A DNA stretch of 64,000 nt from NCBI GenBank assembly GCA_951406725.2, contig OX597839.1:1922001-1986000 (forward strand), in the 5' to 3' direction. Origin of the DNA: Octopus vulgaris. Its lineage: Eukaryota. Positions 25,161 through 40,131 of the stretch are shown piece after piece (position 1 is the stretch's first letter; each line of letters starts with the position of its first letter). The notes beneath the pieces are model-generated. The model was not told where the DNA came from. It made no database searches and saw nothing but the letters and a program-made list of their open reading frames with translations. A program made the position numbers and the translations under genes.

Positions 25161-26499
25161 CAATCTTAACTGAAGAACAGCATTTGTTTGAACGGAAGCT
25201 ACTCAAACGTTTTGTGAACAAGAAAAGTTCTTGTGAAAGAGCGGTGGCAAGAAAAAGTGTTCATAATTGACTTACTCTAATTCAGTCGCCCGACGAAACT
25301 CGTTGACGCTACATCGAAGAGGCCAAGGAACAGAAGAACGAAGAAGAAAGAAGACATGCACCCAACACCAGAGCTGAAGACACCTCCGAAAGCGGGGTGC
25401 CCCGGCACGTCAAAACGGTAGAGGAGTAGGGGCCGAAACCGGACGTGATTCCTCCTGATGATGTCTTGAGCTAACTGGATCTTATAAAGGAGCTGTTGTG
25501 GTAGTAGACCACGAAACATGGTTGAAATTCCCCGTTTATCTTCGTATACACACGGACTAAGTTACCGAGGAAAACAACTTACTTATGAAAAAAATTACAC
25601 ATTTCGCTCATCACCACATCCCCTCTCTCCTAGTTCCTCTCTCCTCCCGCTCCCCTGTCACTATCTCTCCCTCTCCTCTACCTCTATCCCCCCTATTTCC
25701 TGCCTCCCTCCCCTTCCACTGAATTTCGTGGAAGCGTTACAGACGGGCTAAGTAACGGAGTAACAAGCAGAGTTATTAAGATGGTTTTATGTAAATACCT
25801 GTTTCAAATTTTGGCACAAGGCTAGCAATTATTGTGGTAAGGGATTAGTTGATTTCATCGAATCTAGCAACTGACTGGCATTTTATTTTATTGACCATCA
25901 AAGGATGAAAGGCAAAGTTGACTTCGGCGTGATTTGAACTCGAAATGTAAAGAACTAGGAGAAATACAGCAATGCATTTTTCTCTAACGTGCTAATCGAT
26001 TCTCCCACTTCGCCTCCTTTTTTCCATGTACATAGAAATAATCCGTTCTACTGTAGGCACAAGGGCTGAAATTTTGGAAGTCGAAGATAGTCGATTACAA
26101 CAACCCCAGTGCTTAACTGGTACTTATTTTCTGGACCCTAAAAGGACGAAAGGCAATGTCGACCTCGGCGGAACTTGAGTTCAGAACATGAAGATGGACG
26201 AAATGCCGCAAAGCGCTTCGCCCGGCGTGCTTAACGATTCTATCAGCTGGACGCTTTATACAAATAGCAATATCATACAATATTTTTATATTATACGAAA
26301 ATAATAATAAAAGGGTTATCATAAAGTGCCTTTACAAGTCGAAAAATCCAGAAAAGTGGAGGTTAATTCAACAGGTTGCGTACAACCGATGGAACCTACG
26401 TGGACTCTTCTAATATTTCTAATAAAAAAACATATTTTTGCCAATGTTTTCCTATAACCCCTGCTACTTCTACCGCTTCATGTTCTTGCTTGATGAGAC

Positions 26500-26870
26500 T
26501 GAGGTCACCCCAGGGTAGTGGTCCCAAAGATCTCATCCTGCATAGAGCCGACCAAGTTCACCATTGCTCTCCATCATTATCGGTCCTACTCCAGACCCTC
26601 TGCATTCTCCAAGGTGACGTCAAGCCTCTGGAGAGCTTCCGCAACCACGCCCAGACATCTGGTGCGGGGCTTGTCACGAGGCCTCTCCCAGCCTGCAGCT
26701 GCTGCGCCGAATGAGAGTTAAGCTCTGTTAGAGTGGTCTTCCAGAAGACGGAGGACAAGTTTGTATCAGCGCATGCGTCAGATAGCTGTGAAGTGGGAAG
26801 CTTCGGGCTGATGTGTGCGTGCACACAGTTCTTTGTTGGAAACGTGGTGGTACCATGTGATGTTCTCAAG
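26500..26870 (-). pseudogene. RTE-clade 3' relic
   Basis: Minus strand gives GRPRDKPRTRCL...LENAEGLE*DR**WRAMV, like the RTE GRP...W....DR..WR ending. Confidence 0.55.
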
Positions 26871-26989
26871 GCTCTGCTATTATCTCTGCTGAGTGTTCCT
26901 TATATTTTTATGTTTTTTTCTGAATGTTTCAAATTGTAAATATGATTTATGGACACACAGTATACTAATATGATGATGTTTATAAATAA

Positions 26990-27341
26990 TCCTTTCTATT
27001 ATAGGCACAATGCCCGAAGGCTTGGGGGAGGGGACTAGTCGATGAATGCCAAAGTCGACCGCGGCGGATTTTGAATTGAGAGCGTAGCGACGGGAGAAAT
27101 ACCTATTTCTATTTCTCTACTACCCACAAGGGGCTAAACACAGAGAGGACAAACAAGGACAGACAAACAGATTAAGTCGATTACAGCGACCCCAGTGCGT
27201 AACTGGTACTTAATTTATCGACCCCGAAAGGATGAAAGGCAAAGTCGACCTCGGCGGAATTTGAACTCAGAACGTAGCGGCAGACGAAATACCGCTAAGC
27301 ATTTCGCCCAGCGCGCTAACGACTCTGCCAGCTCGCCGCCT
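26990..27341 (-). mobile_element. SINE family B with partial second unit
   Basis: Reverse complement of the family B unit. Confidence 0.85.
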
Positions 27342-27968
27342 TTGGTGTTCATAAATAATAAAACAATCAAAAGCCAGTCATCACAGGAAGAGGTTGCTAA
27401 GCTTTGCTATGGAATTTATAGATAGCAATGTTTAAGGGGATGATGTATAAGTAGGCTATAAAGACCGGAACTCGGTTACACGAAGCTTTAAAAGGAGTCA
27501 ATTGGTCAGAGGGAGACCATGTGTGTATGTGCGTCTGTGTGTGTATGTGCACGTGTGTGTATGTGCGTGTGTGGATGCGTGGGGTTGTGTCTAGAGGTAT
27601 ATGTGCGTTAGGTGTGTGTGCGTGTGGGTATATGTTCTTGTGTGCATGTGTGTGTATGCACGTGTATATGTAATTGTGTGCGTGTATATATGGATGTACA
27701 GTAAGAAGTGTGCTTCACGACTGTTATGGTTCTAGGTTCAATCCGCCCCCTCCCGCGTGACACATGGGCTCGTGTCTTCTACTGTATAACCTGAGTTCCC
27801 ACAGCAGTTTTTGCTCGATTTTTCCCAGAATATAGGAGTGTCACCATGACTTCTTTAAAAGCTTCGTGTATAGCTTACTTATACACCACCTTCTTAAATG
27901 TTACTATTTATGAATTCCGTGACAAGGCTTAGCAGCCCCTTTTTGTGCTGGCATACTTTTGATTGTTT

Positions 27969-29224
<1,256 letters not shown>

Positions 29225-29865
29225 AACAGAGGTTTAAAGTTTGATAAGTTCACAGAAAAATAAATTGGGTTGTATATAAGACATTTTTTTTATCTGTTGG
29301 TTGAAAAATCAGGATGATGAACCAGCAGAGGAGGTAAATCGAAAAGAAAAAAATCAAGCAACGCTCTACTAATTGAGACTGTTGATCAGGGATTCGATAA
29401 CTTTTTCAGGCTACGGTTCCCTTGACATCCAGGTCGTATTCACAGTGCCCCCTCCTTACCACTACCTAACAAAGGCCTCTTTCTACAGCAATTTCAAAAT
29501 ATTTGTATTGTACACATTAAAACATAACCCAATTAACCCTTTTATTTTTTACATTCATTGCCCCCTTTTTGCTACCACATTATCGTCCCACTTTTCTTCA
29601 ACGCCCCTAGATCTTTCCATCGCCCCTGAGCATCCATATTAGATTTCACTGTTAAAATTATTGGTTATACTTCACAAAATAAAAATATAATAGGGTTTCG
29701 TTAAAACATTGAATGGCTATCAGGGATCAAGTGAGCAACAGAAAGGGCCAAAAGAGGCCCCTAGACTTTTAAAAAGTGGTTGATCTAAATAAAAGGATAG
29801 GATGATAACAACTGGAAAAGCTTTGATCCGGGTTCCTGACCCGAAGAAACAACAACGACGGCGTG

Positions 29866-30110
29866 GAGGCGCAATGGCCCTGTGGTTAGGGCAGCGGACT
29901 CGCGGTCGTAAGAACGCGGTATCGATTCCCAGACCGGGCATTGTGAGTGTTTATTGAGCAAAGGCACCTAAGCTCCACGAGGCTCCGGCGGAGGTGGTGA
30001 TGAACCCCGCTGTACTCTTTTGTTCTCATTCCAATTACTTTTGGTAACCCTGTAACGTATCATGGATCCCCGCTGTACTCTTTCACCACAACTTTCTCTC
30101 CCTCTTTCTT
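29866..30110 (+). mobile_element. tRNA-derived SINE family C
   Basis: GGAGGCGCAATGGCCCTGTGGTTAGGGCAGCGGACTCGCGGTCG...TCGATTCCC. Confidence 0.85.
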
Positions 30111-30506
30111 CCTACTTCTTCCACAAAGCAGAGGAACCATGGTGTAACCTACTATGGTGTGATAAACTTTCAAGCCCTAGTCTAGATTGCGAATCCTCTG
30201 TACCCCAGGATGGTTCAGCTCTCCACCCATTAAAAAGCCACCGTTTACGGAATGAGGATAACAACGTAGCTTTCGCGCCTGAGCAACCGCCAGTCTATCG
30301 CGTGTGGTGGGTGGATCTTCAAGTTGCCACACGCATTCTTAGTAGCTTAGAGTAGGCTCGAATTAGAGATTATTCTTTGTGGCTAATGGCATGAGTCCTG
30401 ATTAGAAGAAGAAGACAACGATGTCAAAGGAAAGGCGATTGACACCACAACAACGACGACGATGACGACCACAATAGTATCTTTCTTTCTTTATAGCTTT
30501 TTCTGT

Positions 30507-30914
30507 GTGGCTGTGTGGTAAGTAGCTTGTTTACCAACCACATGGTTCCAGGTTCAGTCCCACTGCGTGGCACCTTGGTCAAGTGTCTTCTACTATAGCC
30601 TCGGGCCGACCAAAGCCTTGTGAGTGGATTTGGTAGACGGAAACTGAAAGAAGCCCATCGTATATATGTATATATACACATATATATATATATGTGCGTG
30701 TGTGTGTTTGTGTGTCTGTGTTTGTCCCCCTAGCATTGCTTGACAACCGATGCTGGTGTGTTTACGTCCCCGTCACTTAGCAGTTCGGCAAAAAGAGAGA
30801 CCGATAGAATAAGTACTGGGCTTACAAAAGAATAAGTCCCGGGGTCGAGTTGTTCGATTAAAGGCGGTGCTCCAGCATGGCCGCAGTCAAATGACTGAAA
30901 CAAGTAAAAGAGAG
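30507..30914 (+). mobile_element. SINE family A
   Basis: Matches the family A unit. Confidence 0.9.
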
Positions 30915-30921
30915 TTTGTTG

Positions 30922-31151
30922 ATTTCTTAACTACCCACAAGGGGCTAAACACAGAGGGGACAAACAAGGACAGACAAAGGGATTAAGGCGATTACATCGA
31001 CCCCAGTACGCAACTGGTACTTAATTTATCGACCCCGGGAGGATGAAAGGCAAAGTCGACCTCGGCGGAATTTGAACTCGGAACGTAACAACAGACGAAA
31101 TACGGCTACGCATTTCGCCCGGCGTGCTAACGTTTCTGCCAGCTCGCCGCC
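30922..31151 (-). mobile_element. SINE family B monomer
   Basis: Matches the family B unit. Confidence 0.9.
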
Positions 31152-31737
31152 TTATAAAGAGAGAGTTAGTTGTGTATTCAAAAGTGTTGCCTTTTCTTCT
31201 TCCTGTATTTGTTTTTCTGCAACTATCTTCTGAACATATATATAAATCTTCTCACTACACAACTTCAGACAATGAAATGATTTATATTTTAGATGACAAT
31301 AGAAAGAATGATAAAACAATATTTCGTTGGGTTTTTTTTTTAACTAACGATAAAAAAAGAAGCCACACTCCCCCACTGACGACAAGCGAAAATAAATAAC
31401 AAAAAAACCTGTATAATTACAATTATCAAAGAGAAGAGGACGGGGGGGGGGCGGAGAAGAGAAGGGATTGGAAGAAGGAAGAAGCAGAGGAAGGGGGAAG
31501 CGGAGGAAGTGGGAAGAGGAGTGTGAGAAAAGGGAAGGGTAGGAAAAGGTGGGGAGGAGGAGGAGGGGGAGTTGAAGAAAGCCGGTCCTGGAAGTGGTTG
31601 CTGTTGTTGTTGTTGTTGTTTTTTGTTATTAGTGACGTCATCGTCGTTGTTGTTATTGCTGTTGTTGTTCCTGTTGCTCTGGTTATCGTTGTTGTTCTTC
31701 TGGTTAATGTTGTCGTTAGCGTCATTGCTGTTGTTTC

Positions 31738-31768
<31 letters not shown>

Positions 31769-32195
31769 GCTCTTGTTGCAGTTGCCGCTGCTGCTGTTAT
31801 TTCTGCGCTTAAATCGAGAAATGCATGCATTCGCGCGCGTGTGTGTGTATGTATGTGTGTATGTATGTGTGTATGTATGTGTGTGTATGTATGTGTGTAT
31901 GTATGTGTGTATGTATGTGTGTATGTGTGAGTGTATGTATGTGTGTGTATGTGTATGTGTGTGTATGTGTATGTGTGTGTGTGTGTATTTATGTATGTGC
32001 TTGTGCTTGTGTGTGTGCGTGAGTGTATGCGTGTGGTTGAATGTACTTCGTTACTTGTTTCAAACATTTGACTGCGGCCATGCTGGAGCACCACCTTAAG
32101 GGGTTTTTAGTCGAAGCAATGAAACCCAGGACTCATTCTTTGTAAGCCTAGTTCTTACTGTATCGGTTGTCAAGTGATGGCGGGGGGGGGGGGAT

Positions 32196-32249
<54 letters not shown>

Positions 32250-32252
<3 letters not shown>

Positions 32253-32461
32253 AACGTTAGCACGCCGGGCGAAATGCGTAGCCGTATTTCGTCTGCCGTT
32301 ACGTTATGAGTTCAAATTCCGCCGAGGTCGACTTTACCTTTCACCCTTTCGGGGTCGATAAATTAAGTACCAGTTATGCACTGGGGACGATGTAATCGAT
32401 TTAATTCCTTTGTCCGTCCTTGTTTATCCTCTCTATGTTTAGCCCCTTGTGGGTAATAAAG

Positions 32462-32464
<3 letters not shown>
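32250..32464 (+). mobile_element. SINE family B monomer
   Basis: Matches the family B unit. Confidence 0.88.
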
Positions 32465-32542
<78 letters not shown>

Positions 32543-32546
<4 letters not shown>

Positions 32547-32952
32547 AGTGGCTTTGTGGTAAGTAGCTTGCTAACCAACCACATGTTTCCGGGTTCAGTC
32601 CCACTGCGTGGCATCTTGGGCAAGTGTCTTCTGCTATAGCCCCGGGCCGACCAAAGCCTTGTGAGTGGATTTGGTAGACGGAAACTGAAAGAAGCCTGTC
32701 GTATATATTTATATATATATATATGTATGTGTGTGTTTGTGCGTCTGTGTTTGTCCCCCTAGCATTGCTTGACAACCGATGCTGGTGTGTTTACGTCCCC
32801 ATCACTTAGCGGTTCGGCAAAAGAGACCGATAGAATAAGTACTGGGCTTACAAAGAATAAGTCCAGGGGTCGATTTGCTCGACTAAAAGTGGTGCTCCAG
32901 CATGGCCACAGTCAAATGACTGAAACAAATAAAAGAGTAAAGAGTAAAGAGT
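32543..32952 (+). mobile_element. SINE family A
   Basis: Matches the family A unit. Confidence 0.9.
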
Positions 32953-32966
32953 ATATATATATAAGT

Positions 32967-33212
32967 GGAGGCGCGTGGCTTAGTGGTTAGGGTCTCAACA
33001 TCATGATCGTAAGATTGTGGTTTCGATTCCTAGACCGGGCGACGCGTTGTGTTCTTAAGCAAAACACTTCATTTCACGTTGCTCCAGTCCACTCAGCTGG
33101 CAAGAATGAGTAACGCTGCGACAGACTGGCGTCCTATCCAGCTGGGGAACACATACGCCATAGAAACCGGGAAACCGTGCCCATGAGCCTGGCTAGGCTT
33201 TGAAAGGGCACA
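32967..33212 (+). mobile_element. tRNA-derived SINE (family C group, different body)
   Basis: GGAGGCGCGTGGCTTAGTGGTTAG...GGTTTCGATTCC then GTTGTGTTCTTAAGCAAAACACTT. Confidence 0.8.
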
Positions 33213-33392
33213 TTTATTTATTATATATATATATAATTAATAATATCAAAGGGTAATCTGGAATATTAGAAATTTCTATTACCAGTGGCTTTTCAATTAA
33301 TTGGTGGTTTGGAATTTAACTGTCCTCTCTAGCGTGCAGGTAGTCCTATGATGGATACCTCTTATGTGTTTAAATGTACACTATTTATATGT

Positions 33393-33455
<63 letters not shown>

Positions 33456-33456
<1 letters not shown>

Positions 33457-33764
33457 TAGCTGACGTACCTGGTAATTTCCGGGAAAGCGGGGCCTATACC
33501 CTTGGTTCCGTTCTCATAATTGTTACGCTAATCTAGTAACAATAATACAAAGTATGTAGGCCTTAAAACGGTTTTTGTGCATTTACAGAGAATACCAAAC
33601 TATCTTAGCCAGGATCTTGTTTTTAGGAATTCCCAATACGTTACGAATACCCAAATTGTGAAGCCAGTTATGTAATAACATGAATAAAACGATGTAGGAG
33701 GAGTTAGCTAACAAACCCCCAAACAAGCACACCCACAGACAGAATTTTCCACATATGTAGTAGA
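33456..33764 (-). mobile_element. Non-autonomous Helitron-like element
   Basis: Minus strand starts TCTACTAC and ends CCCGGAAATTACCAGG...CTAG, inserted at (TA)n. Confidence 0.6.
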
Positions 33765-34289
33765 TACGACGGGCTTCTTTCAGTTTCCGTCTACCAGATC
33801 CACTCACAAGGCTTTGGCCGGCCCGAGTCTATAGTAGAAAACACTTGTCTAAGGTGCCATGCAGTGGGACTGAACCTGGAACCATGTGGTTGGGAAGCCA
33901 ACTTCTTGACCACACAGCCACGCCTGCGCTTAGCTTCTTACCACACAGCCAGCAGTTGTTGCACTTCCTGTTGTCGTCATTATTGTTGATGGTCTCCTAC
34001 TACAGTTGGTACTTAAAATGCTGTAGCTAATCTTGTCTGTTAGAGATGGGGTAATTTATTTCTCTTACTGACATTGGAATTATGCGAGATAAGAGAAGTG
34101 AGCGAAGAAGAGAGGAGAGGAGGGAGAGGGAGAGAGAGAGAGAGAGAGAGAGTGGAGGAGATAGAGAGGAAAAGAAGGGGAGAGAAATAAGTAAATTATT
34201 CAAATGTAAATATTAACCAATGAATGCAAAGGTTATTTCCTTGACCAGATCTGGTGTAAGTTCATTAGACTTACTGATAATAAACGTAG

Positions 34290-34980
34290 GGGTGGTGGTG
34301 GCGTTGGTTGTGCTGGTGGTGGTGGTGGTAGTAGTGGCGGTACTGGTGGTGGTAGAGGTGGTAGTGACCGGTGCTGGTAGTGGTGGTGCTGGTGGTGTGT
34401 TTTAGTGGTGGCAGAGGTGGTAGTAACTGGTGGTGGTACGGTTAAGTGGTGGTAGAGGTTGTAATGACCGGTGGTGGCAGTGCTGGTGCTGGTGGTGTGT
34501 TTTAGTGGTGGCAGAGGTGGTAGTGACTGGTGGTGGTACGGTTAAGTGGTGGTAGAGGTGGTAGTGACCGGTGGTGGCAGTGCTGATGCCTTGGTGCGGT
34601 TTAGTGGTGGTAGAGGTGGTAGTGATGGTGGTGGTACGGTTTAGTGGTGATAGAGGTGGTAGTGGCCGATGGTGGCAGTGCTGGTGCTGGTGGTGCAGTT
34701 TAGTGGTGGCAGAGGTGGTAGTGACTGGTGGTGGTACGGTTAAGTGGTGGTAGAGGTGGTAGTGGCCGGTGGTGGCAGTGCTGGTGCTGGTGGTGCAGTT
34801 TAGTGGTGGCAGAGGTGGTAGTGACTGGTGGTGGTACGGTTAAGTGGTGGTAGAGGTGGTAGTGACCGGTGGTGGTAGTGGTGGTTCTCGTGGTGCAGTT
34901 TAGTGGTGGTAGAGGTGGTAGTGACCGGTGGTGGTAGTAGTGGTTCTGGTGGTGCGGTTTAGTGGTGGTAGAGGTGCTGG
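34290..34980 (+). repeat. GGT-rich minisatellite with ~100-bp period
   Basis: TTAGTGGTGG(C/T)AGAGG at ~34402, 34502, 34601, 34700, 34800, 34900. Confidence 0.9.
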
Positions 34981-35281
34981 GAAGGGGTCAATGCTAGTGT
35001 TTGCGGGGTGGTGTGGTGTGGTGTGGTATGGTGGTGTGTGGTGTGGTGGTGTGTAGTGTGCTGTTGTGTGTGGTGTGGTGGTGTGGGTGTATGGGGGGCG
35101 AGAGTGCGGGAAGCAAGGGTGGCGTCTAAGCGATGGGGCGAGTGTGGGATGGGATGTATATGGATGGTGGGGTTGAAATGTGTAGGGGTGGGTTAACAAG
35201 GGTGGAGTGACAATGAGGGGAGAAGGTGGGTTGGAGTGAAGAGAGGAAATAGGTGCCAGAGCAAGAGAGGAGAGGTGGTGG

Positions 35282-35701
35282 GGCTCTTTTCGGTTTGACC
35301 GGCAGTTTTTTAAACTAATTTCTAGTTAACTAAACACTTTTAAACTTCGTATACTGGTAGAATGTGTTTATAAAACATCTTTTTCTCGTGGCTTTATGGA
35401 GACAATTCTATAGTTTGTAAGATATTTGTTGTTTTTTTTCTTCAATTTCTGCAATGACGTTTATTGAGGTAAAAACATTCTGTGCCGTATGAATATGTCC
35501 CTCGTTTAAGAAACAGATTGGGTTTATTTACATTTCTGAAGAAAAAAAAAAAGATACCCTTCACCCCACCCCTAACCCTAACTCTAACCCTAACCCTAAA
35601 ACAGATTGAAATGCAATAAATCGATACTAGGGTCATAATTATGGGTGACAATTTCATATGACACCGCGAGAAAAAAACTGCCGTCCAAACCGAAAAGATC
35701 C
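35282..35701. mobile_element. MITE with GG termini and 8-bp TSD (Merlin-like), carrying TAACCC repeats
   Basis: TIR GG(A/C)TCTTTTCGGTTTG..CGGCAGTTTTT; GGTGGTGG duplicated at 35274-35281 and 35702-35709. Confidence 0.75.
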
Positions 35702-35751
35702 GGTGGTGGGAGGAAGTAGGTGTGAGAGGAAGAGAGGAGAGAGGAGGAGGG

Positions 35752-36038
35752 TTAGATGTAGAGAGGAGGAGAGTTGAGCCCGTGTGACGCAAAGGAGCGA
35801 AGAGAGAAGATTAATCCCTGCTCACGGCGAAGACGGGAGTCCCGATGACCCCTGTGCAAAGACAACCCGAACACAGACAGGTGTTGTAAAGAGTGACCGG
35901 TAGAGCGGAAATGGCGCGAGACCAGCATGTCGTTGCCGAGTCGGATGTTTCGGAGGTGTTCCGTGAACCGGTCAGCCAAGCGGCGTCCCGTTTGACCGAT
36001 GTATAGAGAAGAGCAGGAGATGTAGTAGATGATGTTGC
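35752..36038 (-). pseudogene. Penelope-like GIY-YIG endonuclease fragment (partly duplicated at 36129-36208)
   Basis: SNIIYYISCSSLYIGQTGRRLADRFTEHLRNIR..VSRHF..GHS..RLRREQ.LIF.L....HGLN. Confidence 0.85.
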
Positions 36039-36047
36039 TGTGTGTGT

Positions 36048-36093
<46 letters not shown>

Positions 36094-36559
36094 GCGTGCG
36101 TGCGTGTGTGTGTGTACGTGCGTATCTATCCGTGAACCGGTCAGCCAAGTGGCGTCCGGTTTGACCGATGTATAGAGAAGAGCAGGAGATATAGTAGATG
36201 ATGTTGCTGAGTGTGTGTGTGAGTGTGTGTGTGAGTGTGTGTGTGTGTGTGCGTGTGCGTGCGTGCGTGTGTGTGTGTACGTGCGTATCTATGTATGTGT
36301 GTCATTGTGTTTGTCCTCCACTACCTCTTGACGACTAGTGTTGATTTATTCACGCGTTCGGCGACTTAGCGGTTATGCACAAGAAACCGATCTAATATGA
36401 GTGCCAAGCTTTGAAAAAATAAGTACTCTGATTGATTCTTCCGACTAAAACAAAACAAAAAATAATTTCAAGTGAGTGCTCCAGCATGACCGCAATGTAT
36501 TGACTACAATAGGAAACAAGAAAGAAAATGGGGAAATTATGGGTCACGTTAGTTACTTT

Positions 36560-37392
36560 GGATCTTTTCGGTTTGAACGGCAGTTTTTTTCTAGCGGTAT
36601 CATATGAAATTGTCACCCATAATTATGACCCTAGTATCGATCTATTGCATTTCAATCTGTTTTAGGGTTAGTGTTAGGGGTTGGGGGAAGGGTATCTTTT
36701 TTTCTTCACAAATGCACAGGCGCAGGAGTGGCTGTGTGGTAAGTAGCTTGTTTACCAACCACATGGTTCCGGGTTCAGTCCCACTGCGTGGCATCTTGGG
36801 CAAGTGTCTTCTGCTATAGCCCCGGGCCGACCAATGCCTTGTGAGTGGATTTGGTAGACAGAAACTGAAAGAAGCCTGTCGTATATATGTATATATATAT
36901 GTATGCGTGTGTGTGTTTGTGTGTCCGTGTTTGTCCCCCTAGCATTGCTTGACAACCGATGCTGGTGTGTTTACGTCCCCGTCACTTAGCGGTTCGGCAA
37001 AAGAGACCGATAGAATAAGTACTGGGCTTACAAAGAATAAGTCCCGGGGTTGATTTGCTCGACTAAAGGCGGTGCTCCAACATGGCCGCAGTCAAATGAC
37101 TGAAACAAGTAAAAGAGTAAAAGAGTAAATGTAAATAAGCCCAATCTGTTTCTTAAACGAGGGACATATTCATATGGCACAGAATGTTTTCACCTCAAAT
37201 AGACGTCATTGATTGGTTGAAATTGGAGAAATTGAAGAAAAACAACAACAAATATCTTACAAACTATAGAATTTTCTCAATAAAGCCAAAAGAAAAAGAT
37301 GTTTTATAAACACATTCTACCAGTATACGAAGTTTAAAAGTGTTTAGTTACGTGGAAATTATTTTAAAAAACTGTCGGTCAAACCGAAAAGT
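36560..37392. mobile_element. Second, inverted copy of the Merlin-like MITE, interrupted by SINE A (36719-37128)
   Basis: Same TIRs; interior is the reverse complement of 35282-35701. Confidence 0.8.
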
Positions 37393-37874
37393 GTTTTAAT
37401 CTTGATCATATGATCACAAAATTTTTGTTGAAAGAAATGATTGGATTTAGTGCCAAGAAATAAGCAGAAACACAGACACATTGTCCCGTTGTAAAATTCT
37501 GTTTTGAAATATTTATCATAGTGGAGACAATCCTGCTTCCAGCAGTTACAAAGGCAACGAGTGCAGGCGGGGGGTCCTTACATGCCTTTCATTGACATCA
37601 GATATGGCAGCAGATAATATTTGCCAAGTGTGACTCCAAAAAAAAAAAAAAAGACCATATGAGTAAGTATATACGTATTTGTGTATGTATTGTACATAAA
37701 TGTGTAGATTAAAAAACAGAATGGTGACATCAATCTGTAATTGTAGATTCCTAATTGATGATTAAACATTTGATCTATCATCACTGACGTTGCACAACGC
37801 ATAATCCCCATCAACCCTCGACCCCATTTACGCTACCAACCAACCGACGCAACTCCGCAATCATGTTTTATACT

Positions 37875-37934
<60 letters not shown>

Positions 37935-38128
37935 ATGTGTGTGTGTTTAAATGTACACTGTATTTATATTTATATATATATATATATATATCCCTCTCTC
38001 TCTCTCTCTATATATATATATATGTGTGTTTGTGTGTGTATGTGTGTGTATGTACTTGTATACTACGTGCATATGTGTATATATGTATGTATAGCTTGAT
38101 AGACAGATAGATAGATATACAGATAGAC

Positions 38129-38253
<125 letters not shown>

Positions 38254-38256
38254 TAC

Positions 38257-38341
<85 letters not shown>

Positions 38342-38454
38342 CATCCGCTAATTTGATTGTAGGGATTAAGAACGTTATCTATTTCATCGGATCTTTATCT
38401 TTAGACCGACAGATTTTATATATATGTATATATATATATACACACACACACACT

Positions 38455-38550
<96 letters not shown>

Positions 38551-38581
38551 GTAATTACACATATATACATGCATATGTACA

Positions 38582-38636
<55 letters not shown>

Positions 38637-39201
38637 TCTCCCCCCCTCTCTCTCTGTCTGAGATAAACTAATCTGTGATAAACTAATTTGATTCTTGAGA
38701 TGAAGATTATGTTTTTATTCCCTTTCGGTCGTATCTTATTACTTCCCAAATTATCAAACTTCTTTGCGTTTTTTCCTTTTTCTCTTTCATCTCAACTTCT
38801 TAATGTCCCTTTGTTTTTTTTGCTTATCATAATTACATTTGCACTGTCTTTCTCAGAATCTTATTAAGACAGAGTCTTATTTCATAATAAGGGTTGTTTG
38901 ATCTTCGATCACAACGCATCCCATCACTCAATCTTTGTGTCTTCCCATCCTTCCTAACCCCTGTTTCTCTCTCATCTGTCCTTTTACTCTCAAGGGATTC
39001 TACCATCTCTCAAGGCTCCTACTATGGAAAAATAAATAAAATCGTTACTTGCTGAGGTTTAGAAATATCTTAACCATATCAGTAAGGCTGTTCCTATCCC
39101 GAACGTTACCAACCACCACCACCACCACCACCACCACTACTACATCTTTCACTACATAGAATCAATGCTAATAACATTACCACTACTGGTATCACCGAGG
39201 T

Positions 39202-39253
<52 letters not shown>

Positions 39254-39300
39254 GTCACCGCCGCCGCTGCTGTTGCTGCTGCTACGGCTGCTACTGCTAC

Positions 39301-40016
39301 TATGGAGGATCCTGGAAGACTGGTCGGGCTGATGATGGCCTTGTACGCCCGAACAGACAATGCAGTTCAGTTCAAATTGGGGGCTCGTCATCTGACTTTT
39401 TCCCCAGTTAGATCTGGGGTCCGTCAGGGTTGTGTCTTGGCCCCTACTCTGTTCAATGCTCACATGGATTGGATACTTGGCCGAATGGTGGCTCGATCGT
39501 GTTGTGAGGCACTCATTGGCAAAACTAGGATTACTAAACTACAGAACTACATTTTGCTGATGATGATGCAGTTATTATTGCCGGATTTTTGGATGTCTTA
39601 AGTAGCGTTCTTCTTTCAGTGATTGAGCAAGAGGAACCATTTGGCCTTAGAGTCTCTTCGTTCAAGATAGAGATCCAGTCCTTCCTTTGGTTCTTGGAGG
39701 ATTTCATATCGTCTGTCTCTGTTGCGAGTAACAATGTCAAAGTTGTTGACAGCTTCACATATCTCGGTAGTGAGATTCATAGGAGCATTGGTTGCAAGTC
39801 TGAAGTCCTAAAAAGACTTGGGCGAACTGGTGCGTTTGTGGACTCATTGGACAAGGGTGTTTGGCGCTGCCATATCTGAGCAGGAGGACAAAGGTTCGTG
39901 TTTTTAGGTTTCTGGTCCTCCCTGTCCTGGTCTATGGTTATAAGATTTTGACACTGTCCGGGGTCCTCAGAAGCCACCTCAACTCCTTCGGTAACAGGAC
40001 GCTTCGCAGGATTATG
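39301..40016 (+). pseudogene. RTE-clade reverse transcriptase relic
   Basis: GVRQGCVLAPTLFN, FADD, VVDSFTYLGS, TKVRVFRFLVLPVLVYG; frameshifted. Confidence 0.88.
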
Positions 40017-40097
40017 GGTTGTCAAGCGATGGTTGGGGGTAGAAGCACAGATACAAACACTTACATACATACATACATACATACATATATACATACA

Positions 40098-40131
<34 letters not shown>

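Noticed and set aside
29866-29940. tRNA-like sequences at SINE heads
   Set aside because: They continue into SINE bodies and lack a proper acceptor stem; not tRNA genes.
31426-32099. Thr-rich or Leu/Val-rich ORFs
   Set aside because: Low-complexity (GTT)n and (TG)n translations.
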